This document shows positions 1-8,227 of a DNA stretch of 64,000 nucleotides, in pieces (position 1 is the stretch's first letter; each line of letters begins with the position of its first letter). The notes under the pieces were generated by a model, which did no database searches, was not told the origin of the DNA, and was given only the letters and a program-made list of their open reading frames with translations. Source of the stretch: an uncultured Opitutales bacterium (GTDB taxonomy: Bacteria > Verrucomicrobiota > Verrucomicrobiia > Opitutales > JBHJGM01); NCBI GenBank assembly GCA_964405825.1, contig CAYOPI010000008.1:8309-72308 (forward strand), in the 5' to 3' direction. A program made the position numbers and the translations under genes.

Positions 1-696
1 GGGAAGGTAATCCTGCTGCACGGCATCGGGCACTTCCTGTTCTTCTCGCATTGGAAGATTCAGCGCGAGTTGCGTCAGGCCGGCTACCGGGTGCGTTTTC
101 TGCGCTACCCCTCCACGCGCTTCGCCATCGAGGAACTGGCCGACGAACACCTGGCTCCGGTGGTGCGCGAAGTTGCCGCGGCCGACCCCGTCGACGTGCC
201 CGTGCACTTCGTCACCTTTTCCATGGGTGGGCTCCTCGCGCGTTGCTTCCTTGCCCGTCACGCGCTGCCGCAGCTGGGCCGGGTGGTGATGATCGCGCCC
301 CCCAACGGCGGGAGCGACTGGGTCGACCACCTGGGCCGTCTGCCGGGCTTTCGCTGGGTCTATGGACCCTCCGGCGTGCAGATGAGCACCGACCCCCAGG
401 CCCTGCCCAAGGCCCTGCCGCCCGCTTCGTACGAATGCGGCGTGATCGCGGGCAAACTCCCCGGTTGCACGCTGCTGCGCCCGGTCTTTCGGGGGGAAGC
501 CAGCGACGGCACCGTCTCCGTGCCCAGCACCCGCCTGGCCGGCATGAAGGACCACTGCATCGTTCCGGGTCTGCACGCGCTGCTCTTCCAGTCGCCAGCG
601 GTGGTCGAACGCACGCTTCGCTTTCTGGCCGAGGGCCGCTTCGAAGCGACGACCCCTTCAAAGGCCCCGCTGCACCTGCAACGCGAGCCGGTCTGA
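1..696 (+). CDS. Alpha/beta-fold hydrolase (lipase/esterase-like), 5'-truncated by the window edge
   Basis: Frame is open from base 1 (GKVILLHGIGH oxyanion strand). Nucleophile elbow TFSMGG, IAPPNGGS, acid motif SDGTV and a C-terminal His (GLHALL). Confidence 0.8.
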   Translation, partial: GKVILLHGIGHFLFFSHWKIQRELRQAGYRVRFLRYPSTRFAIEELADEHLAPVVREVAAADPVDVPVHFVTFSMGGLLARCFLARHALPQLGRVVMIAPPNGGSDWVDHLGRLPGFRWVYGPSGVQMSTDPQALPKALPPASYECGVIAGKLPGCTLLRPVFRGEASDGTVSVPSTRLAGMKDHCIVPGLHALLFQSPAVVERTLRFLAEGRFEATTPSKAPLHLQREPV

Positions 697-720
697 GCCG
701 GACCGAATCTTCCGTTGGCC

Positions 721-1953
721 TCAGGGTTGTGCGTTTTCGCGTTCGCGGGCGCGTTCGCTCATCTCGCAGAAGGTGATGAGCAGGTCGCGAAAGAGCTCGG
801 CGGAGACGTCCCCGCCGACGTTGGTCAGGACTCCGAGGGCCGTCTGGTGCTCAGGCAACACCGCCACCAGCGCACTTTGCTGATCGATCGATCCCACGCA
901 CACGACCACCGGCACCCCGCCAACGAAATCGCGTCCCCAGCCCAGCGCCGGCTGCCCCTCCAGGTCGCGCAGGACCGGCTGCCAGCGCTCACGCACGCGC
1001 TGCTGCGGCAGCACATCGATCTCGTAAACGGACATGCCCAGGCGAACTTCGAAGGAGAGCCAGACGGCCACATCGATGATGCACGCGCGCAGCCCCTGGG
1101 CCGGCAGCAGCGCCGCCGTGTCGGCATTGTAGGTTTCCTCGACCGCCCAGCCGCTGTCGCTTTCGGCCGGCAGGTGCCCGAGGGCAAAATCGCGCGTCTG
1201 CAGGAGGTCCAGCCGGCTGAAGGCGCCGCCCTGAATGCCCAGGGGTCGCAGCACCTCACGGTGGCTCACTTCCAGGAAAGTCTCGCGCAAATCCCGGGTG
1301 CCGGGCTGCCCGGCCTGCAACTCGACGCTCAAAGCGTAGGCCGCCGCCGCCTGGCCGGCCTTGCTCGGCTGAAAACGCGACTCCGGCGGGTCGGTCAGCG
1401 CGGTCTGATCGAGCGCGGCCAACAGGTCTGCCGTCTCGTTGCGCGGTTCGGCCAGAACGCTGTCCAACTGTGTTGGAACGCCCCCGGTCTGTGACCAGAG
1501 CGCACGCAGAGTGACGCGTGCCCGCTCATCATCGGGCAGTTGAAAGATACCGCCGCCGACCGTCCGCAGGGGCTCATCGATGGTCGCCTTGCCCCGCTCC
1601 TCAGCCACCGAGACCAACAGACTCATCAGCGCTCCGGTGGTTTCGCCCAGGGCAAAGCGGGTGTCCTGCGTGACCGGCTTCTGGCTGTCGACATCGCGCA
1701 CGCCCACCGCCGAGACCGACATCTTGCCGTCGCCCTGCACGGTTGTCAGCGCCAGCCCGGGAACCTCGGAGTCCTCGTAGGCCAGCTGGACGTACTCCAG
1801 AAAATCCAGCAGCTCGGCTTCTTCGAAGCGCACGCCCACGGGCCGCTCGGGCACCTCGGCGGTTGCGTCGGTGGTCGACTCTTCCGCGGCCAGGCCCACC
1901 ATGCCCATCCACGCCAATCCCAGACTCAGCAGGTACGCTGCAGGCGTTTGCAT
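721..1953 (-). CDS. Secreted beta-lactamase/serine-hydrolase family protein, probably catalytically inactive
   Basis: Signal peptide; family-typical segments VPGLAL, GVRDV..PVTQDTRF, VTLRALWSQTGG, VLRPLGI, GVLTN. The SxxK position reads ETTG. Confidence 0.75.
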   Translation of the reverse strand: MQTPAAYLLSLGLAWMGMVGLAAEESTTDATAEVPERPVGVRFEEAELLDFLEYVQLAYEDSEVPGLALTTVQGDGKMSVSAVGVRDVDSQKPVTQDTRFALGETTGALMSLLVSVAEERGKATIDEPLRTVGGGIFQLPDDERARVTLRALWSQTGGVPTQLDSVLAEPRNETADLLAALDQTALTDPPESRFQPSKAGQAAAAYALSVELQAGQPGTRDLRETFLEVSHREVLRPLGIQGGAFSRLDLLQTRDFALGHLPAESDSGWAVEETYNADTAALLPAQGLRACIIDVAVWLSFEVRLGMSVYEIDVLPQQRVRERWQPVLRDLEGQPALGWGRDFVGGVPVVVCVGSIDQQSALVAVLPEHQTALGVLTNVGGDVSAELFRDLLITFCEMSERARERENAQP

Positions 1954-1998
1954 CCCTCACACTGTCCAGGGGAGGGCACCGGTGTCCAGTCCAGCCTC

Positions 1999-3144
1999 TC
2001 AGCGCCGTCGACGCTCCAAATCGCGCAGCACCTCATCGTAGTCCTCAATGTACTCGACCACCGCCCGCCGATACCGCTCGTGCTGCTCGGCCTGATCGCT
2101 GAAAAAGTCGTAGGGCCGGCGCTTCTTGAACGCGTTCAAATCCGCCGTGGCGACCGAATTGATCCGCAGGTTGAGCGTCTCCAGCGTATCGAGAATCTCG
2201 CTGCGCGAATCGGCGTGACGCAGGTCATCGTTGGCCATACGGAAGGCGTCCTCCAGTTCCGGATTACCCGAGGGCACCCGGCCTGTCCGCAGCAGCTCAT
2301 AGAGCGCATCGGTGGTCTCTTCGATCGCCTCAAAATCCCGGGCCTCGCGCTTGAAGCGTTCCCAGGCCACGCCTTCCCATTCCTTGACGGAGTCCACCCG
2401 GAAGCCAAACCAGCGCGTCTCGGTCTTGTCGGCGCGCTTGCGCAATTCGTCGGTGTGGTAGGTGACCAGGTAGGTCGCCACGCCGATGACCTTGCCCGTG
2501 GTGGCGTGCAAAACCGGGCTGCCGCTGTTGCCGGGCACAAACTTCGCATCCACCTCGACCCGCCGTGGACCCAGGCCGCGGACCCGGCCCTTGGTCTGCG
2601 TGATCACGCCCGCCCCGCTCTCGTTGCCGGGAACGATCACGGCGTCGCCAATGGAGACCTGCTTGGACAGACTGTCGAGCAGCTCAAAACTCGCCGGGAC
2701 CTCGTCGGGCTCGACCCGGATCAGCGCCACGTCGTGGTCGCGGGCAATCGCGATGGCGTTGGGCCGCACCTCGGTTCCGTCCAGGGTCAGAATCTTGAAA
2801 CGTTCGTTGCCCGCCAGCACGTGGATGTTGGTCACGACAAAGGCCATACCCCGCATCGTGCAGAAAAAGCCGCTGCCCACACCGTTGTCGCCCTCGATGA
2901 TGCACAGCGCGTTCATCTGTTCGCTGGTCAGGCCCGGAATCGAATCCTCCTCGCCCTCGGAGGAATCCGATGCATCCACGGAACTCTCTGGCTCAAGCGT
3001 CGCTTCCGGGTCCTCCGTGAAGCCGTCGGTGCCTTCCTGCGCGATGGCCGACACCGAACTCGCGAAAAGCAGTGCGCATGTCAGGAAGGCCCTCGCCGAA
3101 GTCCAAGAGCAGGTGGACTCTGACATGCTGAGGTTCCTGTCCAT
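1999..3144 (-). CDS. Secreted trypsin-like (S1) serine protease with acidic linker and helical C-terminal domain
   Basis: GSGFF, VTNIHV (His), DVALI (Asp), PGNSGSP (Ser). Start chosen at ATG 3144, which has a GGAG SD-like motif upstream; ATG 3126 is an alternative. Confidence 0.85.
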   Translation of the reverse strand: MDRNLSMSESTCSWTSARAFLTCALLFASSVSAIAQEGTDGFTEDPEATLEPESSVDASDSSEGEEDSIPGLTSEQMNALCIIEGDNGVGSGFFCTMRGMAFVVTNIHVLAGNERFKILTLDGTEVRPNAIAIARDHDVALIRVEPDEVPASFELLDSLSKQVSIGDAVIVPGNESGAGVITQTKGRVRGLGPRRVEVDAKFVPGNSGSPVLHATTGKVIGVATYLVTYHTDELRKRADKTETRWFGFRVDSVKEWEGVAWERFKREARDFEAIEETTDALYELLRTGRVPSGNPELEDAFRMANDDLRHADSRSEILDTLETLNLRINSVATADLNAFKKRRPYDFFSDQAEQHERYRRAVVEYIEDYDEVLRDLERRRR

Positions 3145-3290
3145 AATCACTCCCCGATACTGAACGAGCATAGCGGCAGGTAAAGGATTTTCGACCGGGC
3201 CAACGCGCTTCTGCGGCTTGCAAAGGGGCCTCACCCACCGATAGACCCACTGTCTTTGCGCAGCGTCCACCGCGACTGCGGCCCACCACC

Positions 3291-4964
3291 ATGCTCCTTT
3301 GCGAAAACCTCGATGTGCACGCCGGCAAGGACGGGCCCAAGCTGTTGCACGGTGTCTCCGCCTCCTTCCCGCCCCGGGGCATGCACGCGATCGTCGGTCC
3401 GAGCGGCTGCGGCAAGACCACCCTCGTCAAGGCGCTGCTGGGTCTCATCCCGCGCACCGGCAGCATCATGCTTGACGGCGAGCCCGTCGAACGCCCCGAG
3501 CAACTGGTCGGACGGGTGGGTTTCGCGCCGCAGTTCAGCATTGCCCAGCCGCACCTCACGGTCGAGGAGTCCCTGCTTTTCAGCCTGCGCCTCACCGTTG
3601 CCTCCGGCCGTGAGCGCAAACGCCGCCTGGACTCCATCCTGCAGACGACCGGCCTTGAACCGCACCGGCACAAGCGCGTTTCGGCCCTCTCGGGCGGACA
3701 ACTCCGCCGCCTGGGCCTGGGCCTGGAGTTTGCCAACGAGCCGCCTGTTTTGATCTGCGACGAGGTCACCAGCGGCCTCGACCCCAACTCCGAGGACCAG
3801 ATTCTGAACCTCCTGCGCTCGCTCGTGGAGTCCGAGCAGAAGACCTTCATCAACATCATCCACAACCTCAGCCGCCTGGACCGCTTCGACACCGTGTGCG
3901 TGCTCTTCGGCGGTGAGCTGGTCTTTCAGGGCCCGCCGCAACAGCTGCTGGCCTACCTGAACATCGGCAGCTTCACCGAAATCTACGACCGCCTCGAAGA
4001 AGAGGAGCCAGCTCAGTGGGCCGCTCGTTGGGCCGGGTCTGACGCAGGCGAGGCACCCTCAAGCGAACCTCCGGCCGAAGCCTCGCCTGTTGCCGCCAAA
4101 CCGGCGCGTCTGCCGCTGCCGACTACGCAGTTGGCCGTCCTGCTCTGGCGCCGCCTGTTGCTCTTCATCCGCGACCGCGGTTACCTCTTCCTGACTGCGG
4201 CCATCACCTTTGGCTTCCCCTGCGTCGTGGTGATTTTTGCCCTGGGTGGACTGGGCCAGTTGGAACGCCCTCCGCTCGAGCCCGAGGGCAATCCCCTGGA
4301 GCAGAGCATGGAGCGTCTCGAGTACCGGCTCGAGGCTGCAGAGACCGGTCAGCTCGCCACCGGCCTGATCCTCTTTCAGGTCATCCTGCTCACGCTGATG
4401 GGCAGCAACAACGGCGCGCGCGAAATCGCCGGCGAACGTCAGCTCTACGAGAAGGAGCGCCTCAGCGGACTCAGCCCGCTCGCCTTCGCCGGGTCCAAGA
4501 TCGCCTTTGTCGCCGGCATCGCACTGTTGCAGGGCTTCTGGATGACGCTCTTCGTCAAGAAACTCTGCTACTTCCCCGGCAGCTGGGCCGCGCAACTGAC
4601 CGTGCTGGGCTTGTGTTGCCTGGCCATGACCCTGCTCTCGCTCGGGCTCAGCGCGCTCTTCCGCTCGCCCGACAAGGCCTCCCTGCTTTCCATTTACTTC
4701 GTCGGATTTCAGTTACCCCTGTCCGGGATTGTCCTGGCCTTGCCCGAAACGCTCATCTGGGTCTTCCGGCCCTTCATCAACGCCTACTGGAGCTGGGCGG
4801 GCTATGTGAGCGGCTTCCGCGAGGAACGCCTCTTCGACGCCATGAACGTTTACCGCGACGACGTCATTCCCGAGCTGCCGGTGGCACTTGCCGTCCTGCT
4901 GATTCACTGCGTGCTCGGCGTGGCCCTGGTCGTGCACGGCTGCTACCGGCGCCAGAGCATTTAG
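3291..4964 (+). CDS. ABC transporter, fused ATP-binding and permease domains (ABCG-like NBD-TMD order)
   Basis: Walker A GPSGCGKT, signature LSGGQ, Walker B LICDE, followed by an ABC-2-type membrane domain (REIAGERQLYEKER). Confidence 0.9.
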   Translation: MLLCENLDVHAGKDGPKLLHGVSASFPPRGMHAIVGPSGCGKTTLVKALLGLIPRTGSIMLDGEPVERPEQLVGRVGFAPQFSIAQPHLTVEESLLFSLRLTVASGRERKRRLDSILQTTGLEPHRHKRVSALSGGQLRRLGLGLEFANEPPVLICDEVTSGLDPNSEDQILNLLRSLVESEQKTFINIIHNLSRLDRFDTVCVLFGGELVFQGPPQQLLAYLNIGSFTEIYDRLEEEEPAQWAARWAGSDAGEAPSSEPPAEASPVAAKPARLPLPTTQLAVLLWRRLLLFIRDRGYLFLTAAITFGFPCVVVIFALGGLGQLERPPLEPEGNPLEQSMERLEYRLEAAETGQLATGLILFQVILLTLMGSNNGAREIAGERQLYEKERLSGLSPLAFAGSKIAFVAGIALLQGFWMTLFVKKLCYFPGSWAAQLTVLGLCCLAMTLLSLGLSALFRSPDKASLLSIYFVGFQLPLSGIVLALPETLIWVFRPFINAYWSWAGYVSGFREERLFDAMNVYRDDVIPELPVALAVLLIHCVLGVALVVHGCYRRQSI

Positions 4965-5002
4965 CCGGTTGCCCTTCCATCCGAATCTGACACAAACAGG
5001 CT

Positions 5003-5434
5003 ATGGCACGTCTCGTCCAAACCCCGAACTCTCCTTTGCCCGAACGCGCCGGTGGCGCCGCCCCCGCCGTGCTGGGCGTCCTCGTGCTGGTGCTCGTTGG
5101 CCTGGGTGCGGGACTGCTGGTTTTTCTCGAAGACGATGCCTTCGCCGAACTCGAACCCCTCCCCGCCGCGGCCATCCTCGAAGACCCCGAGCGCCTTGTC
5201 GGCAACACCTACCTTCTGCGAGCGCGCATCGTGGAGCAGCTGCCCGGCTACGAGGAAGGGGTGGGGCGTCTGGTTTCGGTCCGCCCCGCCGAGGAAGAGA
5301 ACGACGTTGCGCCTTTCGCCGTCTTCGTGCCCGACCGCATCGACGCGAACATCGAGGTCGAGCAGCGCTACCGCATGGAGGTCTTCATGCAGGAGAACGC
5401 CCTGCTGCGCGTCGAGCGCATGGAGAAGTACTAG
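5003..5434 (+). CDS. Membrane-anchored hypothetical protein (possible OB-fold-like beta domain)
   Basis: One N-terminal TM helix, GC3-rich codons, directly downstream of the ABC gene. Confidence 0.65.
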   Translation: MARLVQTPNSPLPERAGGAAPAVLGVLVLVLVGLGAGLLVFLEDDAFAELEPLPAAAILEDPERLVGNTYLLRARIVEQLPGYEEGVGRLVSVRPAEEENDVAPFAVFVPDRIDANIEVEQRYRMEVFMQENALLRVERMEKY

Positions 5435-6126
5435 ACCGTGTGGATCAGGTCGTTGCGCCGGAACGAATAGAAATCCGTCCCCGCGACGATGACGTGCTCC
5501 AAAACGCCGATGTCCAGCGGTCGCAGCGCCTCCTGGATCATCTGCGTTAGCCGCAGGTCTTCGCGCGATGGTTTCAACTTGCCCGAGGGATGGTTGTGAG
5601 CCAGCACGACATTCTTGGCCGAGACCCGCAACGCTCCTTCAGCCACCCTGCGCGGAAACACCACCGTGCGATCAAGCGTGCCTTCGGAAAGCCGGTCGAC
5701 CCCGTCCCGCAGCAACCGGTGGCGGTTGTCCAGATAAGCCACCTCAAAGACCTCGTAACGCAGGCTTGCGATCCGGCTCTGCCAGAACGCGACCAGCTTC
5801 TCCACGTTGTCCAGGACGACCTCGCCCTCCACCCCCTGCAGCATCGCAAGCCCATAGGCCTCGCGCACGATTCGCAGGTTCGTCGGCGTGGCCTCGCCAA
5901 CACCTTCCACCGACATCAGCTCGGACGGGCTCGCGTAGAAGATGCCCCGCAAGTTTCCGAAGCGGCGCAGCAAGGCCTTGGCGATTGGCTTCACGTCCCG
6001 GCGCGGAATACACAAGGTCAGCACCAGCTCAACGACTTCGTGCTCGGCCAGGCCCGCGAAGCCCGCCTGATTGAAACGCTCCCGCAAGCGTTCGCGGTGC
6101 CCGTGATGATCAGACGGGGAGGGCAT
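5431..6126 (-). CDS. radC: RadC/JAB-domain protein
   Basis: GHRERLRERF N-terminus, PRRDVKPIAK, HhH segment, JAB motif HNHPSG..PSRED..T. Confidence 0.95.
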   Translation of the reverse strand: MPSPSDHHGHRERLRERFNQAGFAGLAEHEVVELVLTLCIPRRDVKPIAKALLRRFGNLRGIFYASPSELMSVEGVGEATPTNLRIVREAYGLAMLQGVEGEVVLDNVEKLVAFWQSRIASLRYEVFEVAYLDNRHRLLRDGVDRLSEGTLDRTVVFPRRVAEGALRVSAKNVVLAHNHPSGKLKPSREDLRLTQMIQEALRPLDIGVLEHVIVAGTDFYSFRRNDLIHTV

Positions 6127-6164
6127 GTCGGCAGCTTGCCTCGCGCTGCGACCGCGTCAACGCC

Positions 6165-7577
6165 TCACTCCGCCGGCGGCTGTTTCGCGCGCGGTCCTTT
6201 GGTCGGATCGTCCGAACCCTTCGGCGTCGATGCCGCTTCCTTCCTGGATGCCGGCTGCGCGTCGGCTTCTTCTTCGGCCTTCGCCGTCGCGGCTTCCCGG
6301 CGCAGGAGCAGCCCCTCAAAGGTCAGCGCTCGCGGCGGGGGGGCGGTTTCCGGCGTTGCCTCCTGAGCCTGGCGACGCTCGGCCATCGCCTCAAAGGTCA
6401 GTTCGCGCGGGGCCTCTTCGCGCAAGGGCGCGGCCTCAGGTTGGACGGCAACGTCGGCCACCGGTGCCGGAGCAGCGATGGGCTCGGCGTCGACCGCTTC
6501 CATCGGCGGTGCTTCCTGACGTAGTCGCAAGGCCTCAAAGGTCAGCGCTCGCGGTGTTTCCTCACGCAGGGGCGGCGCGGCTGCTGGCGGCGGAAGCCCC
6601 GGAATCGGCGAGCCGGCTGCTGGCGGTGGAAGCCCCGGAATCGGCGGGGCGGCACTCGATGGCTCCGATGTGAAGACCGGCGGCGGTGGACCCAGATCGA
6701 GAACCGGCGCGGGTGCCACCAGGGCCGTCTCCACTGGAACGCGCACCAGCCCGTAGTCGCTGCCAGGGTAGGGCTGCACCGCCTGTCGGTTGGGCAGCTC
6801 AATCGTGAACGCCGTATAGTCGTCGGACTCCACCTCAAGCGGCGGAATCCCCGTCACCCCTACGTAGGTGCTCGGTCGCAGACGACCTTCGTAAACCACC
6901 CGGTCCTCGCGCGGCGCGCTCACCCGCACATAGCTCTCGGCCCGCCCTTCCAGAAAGACCGTCACCGCCTGAGGCGAGGTCACGTCCTCCGGCTGCGTGG
7001 GCGCGGCTGTTGCGGCGGCCGCGGGTTCGGGCTGGGCCGCCGCCTGCGGTGCCTGGGCAACCGCGACCGGCACGGTCTGTTGACCGCCCTCGGTGAAATC
7101 CATCCGCAGTGAGGCCACCACCTCCGGCCAAAGGCCAACCGGCGGGGCAAAGCTCCAGGCACCGGCTGCGGGGGCGTAGCGCCACTGGCCAACCTGCCGC
7201 AGGAAGCCGTAGGTCACCTCACCACCGGTCAACAGCGGCGGGGTCGAGCCAAAGCCCACATACGGCGTGCGCCCCTCGGTCAGCTGGTCCGGCGAGGGTG
7301 GCCGAAAGGTATAGTCGACGTAAATCACGTCGCCGATCTTCAGGTCGCTTTGCGTGACAAACTCGCGCAACACCACACCGACCGCGCGCACCTGCGGGCC
7401 GTCGCGCTGCACCTGTACCACCCGCATCAGGACCCATTCATCGGCCATGCGCTGGGCCGTCGGCGGCGGCGCCCCGGGCACTTCGGCGGGAACGGTGGGC
7501 AGAACCAGATCGGCCTGCGCGGGGGCCAGCGCCAGCGTGATCAGCGTGGCCGCAAAGGGGAGTTTCCAGGGTTTCAT
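6165..7577 (-). CDS. Secreted Pro/Ala-rich hypothetical protein with a DUF4115 (RodZ C-terminal)-like segment and internal repeats
   Basis: ATG 7577 with upstream AGGAG; signal peptide ending AQA. The segment ESYVRVSA..DRVVYEGRL..GIPPLEV resembles DUF4115. Confidence 0.65.
   Translation of the reverse strand: MKPWKLPFAATLITLALAPAQADLVLPTVPAEVPGAPPPTAQRMADEWVLMRVVQVQRDGPQVRAVGVVLREFVTQSDLKIGDVIYVDYTFRPPSPDQLTEGRTPYVGFGSTPPLLTGGEVTYGFLRQVGQWRYAPAAGAWSFAPPVGLWPEVVASLRMDFTEGGQQTVPVAVAQAPQAAAQPEPAAAATAAPTQPEDVTSPQAVTVFLEGRAESYVRVSAPREDRVVYEGRLRPSTYVGVTGIPPLEVESDDYTAFTIELPNRQAVQPYPGSDYGLVRVPVETALVAPAPVLDLGPPPPVFTSEPSSAAPPIPGLPPPAAGSPIPGLPPPAAAPPLREETPRALTFEALRLRQEAPPMEAVDAEPIAAPAPVADVAVQPEAAPLREEAPRELTFEAMAERRQAQEATPETAPPPRALTFEGLLLRREAATAKAEEEADAQPASRKEAASTPKGSDDPTKGPRAKQPPAE
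6578..6646. repeat. Intragenic tandem repeat, 36-bp period, two copies of a 33-bp unit with one mismatch (encodes PIPGLPPPAA)
   Basis: cggctgctggcgg(c/t)ggaagccccggaatcggcg at 6578-6610 and 6614-6646. Confidence 0.9.
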
Positions 7578-7687
7578 TAACGATCGGACTCCTATCACAA
7601 TGTCACGGAAGCGTTTCATTTGGCAACGGCAATCCGAGGCCACCCTCGGGCTTGTCCCGCGCAGTTTCCTTTGCCAGAGACCCTCTC

Positions 7688-8215
7688 ATGACTGCGCCCG
7701 AACCGCGCCTGCTGCTCGCTGGCAGTTCCATCTTCGAGCAATGGAAGACGGCTGCTCAGGCGTTTCCCTGGGCGAGCGTTCAAAACGCGGCCATCGGCGG
7801 CACCACCACGGCGGACTGGCGCGATCAACTGGCCGGAGTCGCCCAACAGCTCCAGCCCACCCACATCGCCTTCTATTGCGGCAGCAACGACGTCAGCGAA
7901 GGTCGTTCTGCCACCGAAATCATTGAGGGCGTCCTGGCCTGCCGCGAAGCCGTGGCGGACTGGCCCTTTGCCTGGTTCACCATCATCCATGCGCCCGAGA
8001 AACGGTCCCGTCTCCAGGTCGTCGACGACGTGATCACCGGCGTGCGTGTGGGATTGGCCGCCGACCCAACCGCGCGTGTGGTCGACCTCAGCCGCGTCTT
8101 TCCCTCCGACACCATCAGCCCGCCCGACTTCTTCATCGCCGATGGCCTGCACCTGACCCCGCCGGCCTATCGCGCAATCGAGGCGCACTGCCTTGAACAG
8201 TTCCAGGCGTGGTAG
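7688..8215 (+). CDS. SGNH/GDSL hydrolase
   Basis: Block I GSSIFEQW, block II GGTT, block III YCGSND, block V DGLHL. Confidence 0.9.
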   Translation: MTAPEPRLLLAGSSIFEQWKTAAQAFPWASVQNAAIGGTTTADWRDQLAGVAQQLQPTHIAFYCGSNDVSEGRSATEIIEGVLACREAVADWPFAWFTIIHAPEKRSRLQVVDDVITGVRVGLAADPTARVVDLSRVFPSDTISPPDFFIADGLHLTPPAYRAIEAHCLEQFQAW

Positions 8216-8227
8216 TTCCCGATGTAT

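Noticed and set aside
1540-3123. 527-aa plus-strand ORF over the protease and hydrolase genes
   Set aside because: Antisense to two genes with clear family motifs; composition typical of shadow ORFs.
5431-6126. radC as a marker of a mobile element or anti-restriction island
   Set aside because: Full-length chromosomal-type RadC with its N-terminal HhH region; no integrase, transposase or att-like repeats nearby.
6300-6660. Repeats considered as a possible CRISPR array
   Set aside because: In-frame coding repeats, two to three degenerate copies, irregular spacing, no cas genes.
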